The translations under genes were made by a program, and so were the position numbers. The notes under the pieces were generated by a model. The model did no database searches. It was not told where the DNA came from and worked only from the letters and a program-made list of their open reading frames with translations. Below are positions 50,150-61,700 of a DNA stretch of 64,000 nt, one piece after another (within the stretch, counting starts at the first letter, position 1; every line of letters starts with the position of its first letter). Origin of the DNA: Tubiluchus corallicola (Eukaryota > Animalia > Priapulida); contig JAQGDQ010000531.1 in the NCBI GenBank assembly GCA_030141605.1, positions 88,608 to 152,607 on the forward strand. Direction: 5' to 3'.

Positions 50150-52819
50150 GCTGGATTGTTACTTTAAGTGCGTTCTATGTTTTTCTGTAAAAGCTGCATA
50201 TGACTACTAGTAGTAAGCAGTGTTGTATTATAATTATATTAAATGTTTGTCACCAGTGAGCAGGCAATTTAAGACAACATCTTATAAACTTGTTTAAAGG
50301 CTTAACACATTATGTCTACCACAAAGTTATTAATTAAGTAAAAAGTAGCTTAATACAAATTCATATCTGTTGCATAATTATGTAACTTTTGTAATCTAAG
50401 ATAAATAGTGCGAAATTTCAAACTAAATGGTATGAAAATTAATAATAGATAAATGGTGTGCGATTAATAAATTAATCGATTTTGCAATTCATTATTACAC
50501 ACCTCCTGCTGTCGCTCCTACATGCAGTTGGTACGGAATTATTGCATGGTTTTATAGAGAGACCGAGAAGTTCCGTACTGACACAACCGTCGACATATTA
50601 AATATTCCCTTGTCTTTAGACTGCGAAAATAAAAGCCACGAGTAGAAAATACGGAATTAGTAAAAAATCTCGAAATGGGGAATTTACTTATGAATGGTAA
50701 AGGGCCGGATTTAGGTCCTGGAGTTCCAGGCTAGTCCAGGTTCAGGGCCCCTCAATATAAGAATGAAATTACACAGCAAATAAAAAACTGAACTAAAATG
50801 AATTATAAACCGCATTTATTCGAAAAATATGTCAGCTGCCGACTGAAACCTTTGATTCTATTTTTCTCAATTTTAGTGACTGTAAGAATAACTTTGACTA
50901 CACTTTTCAGTTTGTAATAGAGGACATAGTGATACAAATTGTACTGGTGACTATCTGGCGGTAGTGCACGGTAAAAATGGCACAGACAAAAAAGTAGGAA
51001 AAAAATGACACGTATGTTATTTTGATGTAGCTGATTTCTAGAATAAAACTAGAATGCGTTCGTAGGAAGCAGATCTCTGTCAAAGCTGAACAATTCTAAA
51101 CTTTTTAGTCTGATACTTTTCATTATAGAAAATTAGCAAAAATGTAAACAAGAAAACGTACAACACGTAGCTGTATTTTCGTAGTAGCTGTATTTTGTGA
51201 CTAGCAACATAGTCACAAAATATTTGTTCATTAAATAGGTTTATAGTCAATAATGCACGACTGTTCCACATATTGTATATCTATCTTTTTAACCTTCAAG
51301 TTTCGCGATGGTAATAGAGAGGCAAATATACGTACCAAGTCTTCTTTAAAGGCTATACTAATTACTAAGTAAAGATTATAGATTACAGTAAAGATACAAT
51401 ACAGTAAGATTACACAGTAAAAATTACAGTTTTGCAAGGGGAATTTCTCGAATGGGAACCTGGAGACAACTCGTTGTTGTTTGTCCATGTGGAGATAACA
51501 AAAAAGAAGTTCCAATCACTCCCTGTGAGATCTCCATGAAGTGTTTCAGGAACGTTTCCGTGGTGTTCGGTCTATAAACAGGACTATAAACAGGACTATA
51601 AACAGGACTATAAACACAAAAATCGTTTAACCCACAACGCTTATTCACGACTGGCGCATTATTACAAAGCCACAAGAAATGTATACTGCAATAAACAATG
51701 TATGCATCTGACAATCTCTTTAAACTGATAGACGGAAATTCCAGTGTAGTTGAAAACATTTTTCGTTATTACTCCTGATCGTCTGAAATAACGTTGCAGA
51801 TTCTCCTTTACTTCGCCTTCTGTCATAAATGAGTCTGACCCACAAAACGGATTATTGCAAAACGCCATGTTCGTTACCCAGAGAAAGCCGTAAAGCACAG
51901 ATAATGACGGGCGACTTACGGAAGTTGGAAGATGCCTTATGGCTTACGTATTATGGATTATTGCTTGCTTCTTTTTCCTTTCTATGTGTGTCACTGGCCT
52001 AAAACAAATACATCGTGACGTTTCAATTTAACGTGATAAAATTAAATGATAGTCATACAAATTGAGAAAGTTTGTACTTTTCACAATTCACTGAAATGAA
52101 GCGACGAAGTGCATGATTGGAATATCGCCTTGTCCTGGTTTGCATTGAGATATCACATCTATAGATACGTTGGTCGCATAGTCGTCATTACTTATGTTAT
52201 GGTCTTTTATCGTTAGAATTCATTTTGCCATCCATTTTGTTTACCTTTGATTCGTCTAGCCTATGAATAAATGGTATTATGCGAACTAAAACCAGTACTT
52301 GGAATAAAGTTCATTTGTGTTTAAAGGAGATTTTATAATTTTCTACTCATACCTTTCCACTAGTTAAGTGGCGTTATTTCTTCTTTTAGTCAGAAAATTC
52401 TGGTTTGATAACAATGGCAAATTGTACAATCCAGTTATCCTTCTGACTTCGCGTTAATGCAAGTAAGCTGATTTAAAGTCTGAATCCACAGATAAACAAC
52501 TTTGTTATTTGAGCAAATCGAAGTTCTGACCCTGGGAGTGTTTTGAAACAGCAAATATATCTGGCGAAGATATTTAAAATTAAATTAATTGCTCTCCTTT
52601 ACTTTACTCCCTTGTGCAAATTAATTGAAACAACAAAAGTTAGTTTTGTTCATTTTTTTACTATGAACAATATTCGTATACTTAAATCAGTGTATGATAT
52701 GAAGCCCCTTGAGAAGATTACTTAAACAAGAGAAGTATAGTGTGTACCAATTTTAACTGAGCTGTTCTATGATATTTTTGGATCTCTGTACAAAAGTTGG
52801 ATTAGTGACTGTGAATCAG

Positions 52820-53015
52820 TTTCTCCATCGTTGTGCAGTCCTTACCACATTTTTTTGGGTTCAGGTCAAGAGCGATTCCATGCCAGTCCAACAAGCTTAT
52901 TTGATTTTCATCTAAAAAATTTTCACTTGCTTCAACATGGGGCCAGATCTTGTTGAAAAATACCAGATACATTGTCAAACAAATTTTCCATTTCTGGAAC
53001 AACTCTTCTGTGGAG
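52820..53015 (-). mobile_element. Tc1/mariner transposase remnant
   Basis: GIFQQDLAPC (frameshift) FLDENQISLLDWHGIALDLNP, matching FQQDNAPCH..W P..SPDLNPIE of Tc1 DDE_3 transposases. Confidence 0.75.
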
Positions 53016-53139
53016 TTTGTATGATTTCAAGCAGAATTCATACTGATATGATAAAAAAATTTCCCATCTAAATGAGTAATTAGATTTTTATACAATAATT
53101 TTTGTACTTTCCGTACAAAAATGTTTACCTTTCTATATT

Positions 53140-53770
53140 ACAGGCCATTGACCCGTATGGGGTCAAATCACAAAGGATTTACATCACAGGGCGTGTTGGT
53201 ACTATTGTACATGTCGTTGTGATGTAATTTGTTTATTTAAAATTGAAGGTTTTTAAATTCTATATCTTGAAATTCCAAGTGATTAATTTTATGTAACCCG
53301 ATCAAGGGAGCTGCTATTTCACAAATATTCTTCTTATTATTATTAATAAACATCATTGTGCCTATCTTTGTAGTATTGTACAAATTTCAGTTGAACGAAT
53401 TATGTACGTGTATTGTGGTATTTGTCTATGTCCATAGAATTACTTTTATACCTTTTGCATAATGCAAGTATACCTAGTACAATCTTGACTTTATACGATA
53501 TAGTAGTTCTAGCAATGGTCGATCGAGAGACATAGATACATATCGTCATCCAGTCTTAGAAAATACTCCTGTTCTCTTGCCCACTTCATGGCATAAAGTA
53601 GTCGTCTAGCAAAATTATATCCACCAGGCGTGTGGTTATCAAAAACAACGTCGCCATACAGGGCAGCTTCCTTTCGTAAGATGGCGTCCATTTTTTCTGG
53701 AACATGTTTCCGAATTCGTCCAGTTTCTCAGTGAAGAAAATGCATATGACATCAGAGTAAGAATCCGACG
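53140..53770 (-). pseudogene. GT31 glycosyltransferase pseudogene, 5'-truncated
   Basis: YSDVICIFFTEKLDEFGN / LRKEAALYGDVVFDNHTPGGYNFARRLLYAMKWA..YFLRLDDDMYLCL / DRPLLELLYRIKSRLY*VYLHYAKG, colinear with the 20228 gene. Weaker exon-2-like text (NICEIAAPLIGLHK) lies below 53450. Confidence 0.82.
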
Positions 53771-54773
53771 ACCAGTCCACGGAGCGCAGTTTCATCTCGG
53801 AGTTAGCAACCTCATTTCTCTCTCTAATTTCATAATCTAACCAAACTTTCTGCTGATCTGTTTCTTGGAGACCTGTAAATAGTAGCAGCTTTTTCCCGTG
53901 CCAACAGGATCCCTGCCTAGTTCCTCATAGCGTAGCAGCATGTAGATGTTGGGATACTTGCTGGCAATTACTTTGCTTGTTTCCAACTCTTCTAGCATAT
54001 ATCTGCACAAATCTGAAACGCCTGAAACAAGTTTTGTATTGCCTTCTTTTGCACGACGAAGCCATCCCCGAGGGTCACGGATGAGGTGTACGACTCTGAC
54101 ATCTATCAGTGGGCCATTAAATAATGGAATCACGTCTATTAGTCTGGTACATATGGTTTTAATCGCCACGTGTTTGTACAGTAGCCAGAAACCATTAGCT
54201 TTGCATTGCACAGCATCAGCGAATATCATAGATTTCACTTCACTCAAAACTGATGCATTAGTTTTTCTTAATCTATCAGGTCTTTCATGTCTCCATCAGT
54301 TTTTCTTGCCATTTCGTCTAACCAGTTAAAATCTGATGCTAATGACCTCACATTGAATCCTGCGTGTAGAGGCTCGTGTATGTAAGACACGTCCCCATGG
54401 TTATTAAAGTAGGTCCCGGGAAATGTTGATCCGGAGTGGAATCGACATAGCACAATTATTTCCTTCTTTCTAGATGTCAGGTGATCTGAGAGACTCAAAT
54501 GACCTAGTTGAAAGTGGTCTTCTTTATGATTGTTCTCTTCTAACAAAAGGCCTCCAGCTATTCTTGCAATATTTGCAAAGTAAAGTCCAGACAACTTTAA
54601 ACAGGTTTGCGTGCTGCTTCATGGACTGTAATATTTTTATGGAGAATGCTGTTAGAATAAATACTTGTTAAAAAAGTAAAAGTCAAATTCATAGAAAAAT
54701 TGCATACGATAATCTGGAAGCCGGAATGTGAGATTCTGAGAATAATAATGAGCAGCCACCACAACATAACCAT
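53771..54773 (-). pseudogene. Sulfotransfer_1 (CHST1-7 type Gal/GlcNAc 6-O-sulfotransferase-like) pseudogene
   Basis: IIVLCRFHSGSTFPGTYFNNHGDVSYIHEPL (5'-PSB), KHVAIKTI, VVHLIRDPRG (3'-PB), YMLLRYEELGRDP; split over several frames; hydrophobic MVMLWWLLIIIL start at 54773. Confidence 0.85.
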
Positions 54774-57700
54774 ATTTAAATATATAAGTGATGGCTGCTT
54801 TCAAGGTCTTATATGGTTCCTAGATATGTACAGTATTATGGCTTGACTGTGTTATTTTTTCTTAGTATTTCTCTTTCATTTGACTTTGAAATAGCATTAA
54901 ATTTTCGTCTCAAGGTCATAATTTTCCTTTTTTAACTTGCCATTGATTGATAACAAGGAGTAGCATTTTGTTCTTCTCTCTCTTGACTGTCACTCTTGAC
55001 GAGTGACACATGTGTCAGCAAATCTCCGAGAAGCTATTATAAATATAAATAATAAAAACCATTTATGAGTAAATCTGAACAGCACGGGCTTATAGGCCTT
55101 TGTGTATTATGAATATGGAATCTAGAGCTAATTAACTGTTACACCGGCCAGTACAGCAAGTCGTCCATTGCATCTTACTGTGTTATGGTTGTGTTTTGAC
55201 GTTAGAATAGGTAAGACAATAGCAAATATTTTCTTTTCATTGACAGTACTAGAAGCTTTTGTTCATTTGCTTTGCTGACTTGTGTACTCATACTGTAAGT
55301 CATAAAACCTAAACCATCAGGCAAGTATGTTCGAGTCTATTCATGTATGTAAAAACTATCATTTTAAAACTGCACCCACAACTCATTTGTAGCCAATGAG
55401 AACTATGCATGAGAAAGTATGGTTGCGGCACTGTAACTTTTGCAACACCTGTTCTCAACTTTTGACATTTTGACTTTCAAGTTATTTTTGCCGTTTACGG
55501 TAAAGCCCGTGTCAGACAGAGCTGGACATAATCCGTAAGGTGTAAGGAGAAAAAGCCACTAATCAATGATCATTGACACAGAGATAAGTCATTTGCCGTC
55601 TTCGTTGTAAAACGTCAGCCATAGTCCGCGGTAGGTTCCTCACAATCCCCTTGAGCAGCTCATAATGCGGCTTATTGTGAAATGAATTTGGCCATTAATT
55701 TCACTTGCCATAAGGCGTTTTTTGCTTACCGTCTAATGAGGTACTTAGTTTATTCGTGGTATTTACAGTATATAATTCATTTATAAAAATTCATAACACC
55801 GAAGGACTGTAAACATAAAAACATTTTAAGTTGTTTAAGTTTTTGCCAGGTATACTTAACTTTAATCATCTCTCGTTTTTCTAGTCACTTTTTTGTTATA
55901 AATGGCTTCATTTGACTTTGGAGAGAATGAGTTAACTTACTTTGAAAACCTGTGATATTTGTTAAATGTAAATTAATTTTTTTCATTTATTTATTCTTGT
56001 TCAATCTTCAGAGTTTCTTGTTAGAACATTAAGCCTTTTTTTTATTCGTTTGTTCTTGTTTTTCTTTATATTTTATCAGTACTACAGTACCGTTCACGTT
56101 GCAATCAGACCTGCTTGGGAAGACAAGAAATCTTAGTAATAATATGGTTAATAAACTTACTTCTTTTACATATGCAATGCACCTCCAATTTATGTAGCGA
56201 GCTTTCCTACTTTCGCTCTCCCACTTTGATAAAATTAAGTCAATTTTTACCACCAAAGATTTGAAAAGACACTAGTTCAAATCTAGTAGTAAACAAACTT
56301 AATCATTATTATATTTGCAGTTATTCCCCAAGAGAGAATTCGCATATTATTTTCTATTTGAATAATGACTACAGTGTTTCATCAATGTATTTGGAGTGTT
56401 CTATTTCTCATTTCAATGACATACGCAAACAAAACTGACTGAGTTTGCAGAAACGCATTACAAATTATGACAATACTTTTCATTAATGATTGTGAACAGT
56501 GATTTGAGAACAGTATCATTTTATTTTAAATGGTGGCTTAAACTTAACACTTATTACAGTATTTCTTCCATTTAAAGCAGGAGTTAAGCACATACAAAAT
56601 ATACAACAGCTTTATAAAAAATCCCCTCTCGAAACATTTCATTCACATTTTTATTAACTTTTTGTTGATTTGTGATGGAGAAAACGAATTCTTAAAATAA
56701 AAATGACAGCCAGCACCCACTTAAGAAATGACGTGGCTTTTATTTACATACAAGATCTGTAACGTTTCGACATGGTTACATGACACCCAACAATCACCTA
56801 AATAGAAATACATACAAAAGCGTAAAAAATATTTACAACAATCAACACTGTGACAAGCAAACAACACAATTCTAAATAGCAAACTTACATATCATGATAT
56901 ACAAAGCCAAAGACAGAAAATACAGTTAAGCAACTACAATACACTTTATTTTCTGACCAAAGCTTTTGGGTTGCAATGCAAGAAATCTTCGTACAATACT
57001 GTAATCGAGCAACTACAAGGACCAGCTCGTGCACCCTTTAATATTAATAATTTGTTATGTTAATTTAAACGGATAATTAAATGACGTTATATATTGATTG
57101 AAGAAAAAGCTTGCAAGATTATGATAACTTACAATGGGTAGTTGAACTAGGTACCTTGTAGAACTAAAGGGCCGCATTTGACTATAAAGTTAAGTAATGC
57201 TGACCCTTGTCATTAAATGAGTGAGTGACTGCCGGAATAAGCTTTACTGTTTCTTTCACTGAGCGAGAGTTTATTTACATTTAAAGTGGCTAAGACGCTT
57301 GTTCTTCACTTAGTGACTTTTCAGTCGGTTGCACGGGAAAATGAGATTACTTTTAGTTGCATGTGACAATGAGGGTAGTTTTTTCACCTGCTCTTGCACT
57401 CGGCTTTCAGAGTGTCGTACTGTGTACAATGTCGTAATCACGTGATAAATCTACTTCACTCACCACAGTATTGTAGAGTTTGTCTGCAATGAAATGAGTA
57501 CAATATACAAAACACAATTAGGAATCATGTTTAGCAACGAAAAAATCTTGGCCAATTTTTTCAATGATTTTGCTGCAGTTACAGATAAAAGTGTAGCTCA
57601 GCTATATAAATCGGCCCACAGCCCATACTGGGAAAAGCCTAGGAAGAGCTGGGATAACAAGGCACATAGTTCAAAGCCTGCAAAATATTTTTACTATGGA

Positions 57701-57984
57701 CACAGTGAGGAATATTCATCTCAACAGAAGATGAAAATGGTACATATAAGCAATATATTACGAAGCAGTTGTGCAAATAAACGATTGAGCCCAGATTGCA
57801 ACTTTTAGTTGTGCAATTTTTAGTTGCATATATGTGTACACTCTCATAGACTTCAGATATTTGCAGATTTTGTAACCTTTAATTGCGCAACTGTAAGTTG
57901 TATATCTTAGCCAGCCTTAATGTTATTTTTGCTGCAACTTATTAACAAGCCCATTTCTGCTTACTGTTTCATTCCATTTGCATA

Positions 57985-58350
57985 ACTTTGATTCGTCTAG
58001 CCTATGAATAAATGGCTTTGCCATGTAAACTAAATCCATAGTACTTGGAATAAAGTTCATTTGAGTTTAAAGCGGATTTTATAATTTTTACTCAAACCAT
58101 TCAACTAGCAAAATAGTTTTATTTCTTCTTTTAGTCAAGGAATTCTGGTTTGATAACAATGGCAAATTGTACATTCCAGTTTATCCTTCTGACTTCGTGT
58201 TAATGTAAGTAAGCTGATTTAGAAAATACTGCTCCTTAAGATGGGAATATTTTTAGGAAAAAAATCAAACATTTATGTACGGTACTCACTGAATCCACAG
58301 AGAAATTATTTTGATATTTGAGCAAATAGAAATTCTGACCCAGGGAGTGT
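57985..58350 (+). repeat. Dispersed repeat, copy at about 52245-52543
   Basis: Shared ctttgattcgtctagcctatgaataaatgg..ttctgaccc.gggagtgttt. Confidence 0.85.
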
Positions 58351-58354
58351 TTCT

Positions 58355-58605
58355 CCATCGTCGTTCAGTCCTTAGAACAATTTTTTGGGTTCAGGTCAGG
58401 AGACATTCCGTGCCACTCCAACAAGCCTATTTGATTTTCATAAAAAAAATTCACTTGTTTCGACACGGGGCCAGATCTTGTTGAAAAATACCAGATATTC
58501 GTCAAATAAATGTTTCAGTTCTGGAACAAAACTTCTGTGGAGAATCCCAGTGTGTTGTGGAGAATGCTCCATGCCCTCAATTCGTTGGAAGCTGCCAATG
58601 CCTTA
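58355..58605 (-). mobile_element. Tc1/mariner transposase remnant, second copy
   Basis: GIGSFQRIEGM..GIFQQDLAPC..ENQIGLLEWHGMSPDLNP. Confidence 0.78.
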
Positions 58606-58716
58606 ATAGCAGTTACTGTGACCCGCCTTTGTAATATAAATTAGGTTTTGTAATATATTCTCTATTTTTAAGATTACAAAACTCTTTAGAGAAAAATGTC
58701 AGTTTTGTATATACAT

Positions 58717-61700
58717 CATTTGATACACCTAGAAACTGGCTCAACCAGTGGGTGGTTTCTTCGTCTAAGTTTTCAAATTTGCCAATAAAGTTGTAATTAA
58801 TAAAACACATGCTGCATAAGTCCACACATCTATCAAAACGTTCGTCCATTTTATCGTCTTCTGTACGAATCATGTATCCCAAAAAATTCCACATATCTAG
58901 CAAAACGTTCGTCCACTTTATTGTCTTCTGTACGAACCATGTATCCCAAAAAACTCCACATATCTAGCAAAACGTTCGTCCATTTTATCGTGTTCTGTAC
59001 GAACCATGTATCCCAAAAAAGTCCACATATTTAGAAGAACGTTCGTCCATTATATCGTTTTCTCTTAGAGCCACGCATCCAAAAAACTCCACACATATCC
59101 AGCAAAATGTTAATCCATTTTGTTGTTTTCTCTACGAATCATGTATCCGAAACTTCGTTAAGGATTGCATACCAATGCAGACTTTGAATCAGCACAGTTA
59201 AGCATACTGCCGTGAATTTCCTGTTATCGCGGAATTTTAGTGTACTACTTTAAAACCAAATCGCAAAAACAACTTAACTCCAAAATAACTTTTTATAATT
59301 TTAATTCCATAAGCTTTGGATCAGAATCAGTAACACAGCCTTTTTTTTCTAAAGTTAAAGCCACAAAACTGGTCTTGAAAAAGTTCCCCTAAAACCAGTA
59401 TTCATCCACCAGTCAAATCTTAAGAAAAAGTAGGGCCAATTATTATGTATAAAGACATTAATGTGACTAGAGACTGTGGACTTGTTCAAGTTCACAACAT
59501 ATATAGCAGTTCTCATTCTTATATAAAAAAATCACAAAATGACTGTCATATCTTTATTTTATTTTTCATGTGACAATAATTGTGTTTCTTTAAGTAATAT
59601 CTTGTTGCGAGCAGTGCTACCAGCGTCTTTGGTTTCATCACTTTCGACAATATTTGTTTGTTCTTTCTCAACTGCAGACACTAGATGCACAGGACTGATG
59701 ATACTCACTTTCGTGTATCATAAGGATTAACTGCAAAGGACATTAGTTTATATAGTCCATGAGCCAGACAACTTCTAGATATCTCTTTTTTCTCTTAAAT
59801 GCAAACTTGCTGTTAAGGGTAAGTCGAAGATGGAGAAGATTAGAGATTATCATTGCTGTTATCAAGAAAACGTCGTTTGATAAACCCAGAAACTGGCTCA
59901 ACCAGTGGGTGGTTTCTTTGCCTAAGTTTTCAAATTTGCCAATAAAGTCGTAATTAATAAAACTCACGCTGCATAAGTCCACACATCTAGCAAAACGTTC
60001 GTCCATTTTATCGTCTTCTGTACGAACCACGTATTCCAAAAAATCCACATATCTAGCAAAACGTTCGTCATTTTATCGTGTTCTGTACGAACCATGTATC
60101 CCAAAAAAGTCCACATATTTAGAAGAACGTTCGTCCATTATATCGTTTTCTCTTAGAGCCACGCATCCAAAAAACTCCACACATATCCAGCAAAATGTTA
60201 GTCCATTTTGTTGTTTTCTCTACGAATCATGTATCCGAAACTTCGTTAAGGATTGCATACCAATGCAGACTTTGAATCAGCACAGTTAAGCATACTGCCG
60301 TGAATTTCCTGTTATCGCGGAATTTTAGTGTACTACTTTAAAACCAAATCGCAAAAACAACTTAACTCCAAAATAACTTTTTATAATTTTAATTCCATAA
60401 GCTTTGGATCAGAATCAGTAACACAGCCTTTTTTTTCTAAAGTTAAAGCCACAAAACTGGTCTTGAAAAAGTTCCCCTAAAACCAGTATTCATCCACCAG
60501 TCAAATCTTAAGAAAAAGTAGGGCCAATTATTATGTATAAAGACATTAATGTGACTAGAGACTGTGGACTTGTTCAAGTTCACAACATATATAGCAGTTC
60601 TCATTCTTATATAAAAAAATCACAAAATGACTTTCATATCTTTATTTTATTTTTCATGTGCTAATAATTGTATTTCTTTAAGTAATGTCGTGTTGCGAGC
60701 AGAGCTACCAGAGTCTTTGGTTTCATCACTTTCGGCAATATTTGTTTGTTCTTTCTCACCTGCACAAGATGCACAGGACTGATGATACTCACTTTCGTGT
60801 ATCATAAGGATTAACTGCAAAGGACATTAGTTTATATAGTCCATGAGCCAGACAACTTCTAGATATCTCTTTTTTCTCTTAAATGCAAACTTGCTGTTAA
60901 GGGTAAGTCGAAGATGGAGAAGATTAGAGATTATCATTGCTGTTATCAAGAAAACGTCGTTTGATAAACCCAGAAACTGGCTCAACCAGTGGGTGGTTTC
61001 TTTGCCTAAGTTTTCAAATTTGCCAATAAAGTCGTAATTAATAAAACTCACGCTGCATAAGTCCACACATCTAGCAAAACGTTCGTCCATTTTATCGTCT
61101 TCTGTACGAACCACGTATTCCAAAAAATCCACATATCTAGCAAAACGTTCGTCATTTTATCGTGTTCTGTACGAACCATGTATCCCAAAAAAGTCCACAT
61201 ATTTAGAAGAACGTTCGTCCATTATATCGTTTTCTCTTAGAGCCACGCATCCAAAAAACTCCACACATATCCAGCAAAATGTTAGTCCATTTTGTTGTTT
61301 TCTCTACGAATCATGTATCCGAAACTTCGTTAAGGATTGCATACCAATGCAGACTTTGAATCAGCACAGTTAAGCATACTGCCGTGAATTTCCTGTTATC
61401 GCGGAATTTTAGTGTACTACTTTAAAACCAAATCGCAAAAACAACTTAACTGCAAAATAACTTTTTATAATTTTAATTCCATAAGCTTTGTATTAGAATC
61501 AGTAACACAGCTGTTTTTTTTTCTAAAGTTAAAGCCACAAAACTGGTCTTGAAAAAGTTCCCCTAAAACCAGATCCATCCACCAGTCAAATCTTAAGAAA
61601 AAAGTAGAGCCAATTATTACGTATAAAGACATTAATATGACTAGAGGCTGTGGACTTGTCCAAGATTACATTTGATACACCTAGAAACTGGCTCAACCAG

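Larger units (their letters stand above)
44887..50540. repeat. Tandem segmental duplication: two full units (about 2.83 and 2.43 kb) plus a partial third
   Basis: acttgag..tgctggattgttac recurs at 44887, 47714 and 50139; near-identical ORFs at 45879 and 48586; a 123-bp internal duplication in unit 2 (49336 and 49459). Confidence 0.93.

Noticed and set aside
56029-57808. ORFs 56029-56256 (TM-like) and 57494-57808
   Set aside because: No family motif or downstream exon could be linked; left unassigned.
58822-59150. CRISPR-like regularly spaced repeats
   Set aside because: The units are contiguous 66-67-bp tandem copies with no unique spacers, derive from sulfotransferase coding sequence, and have no cas genes nearby; the context is eukaryotic.
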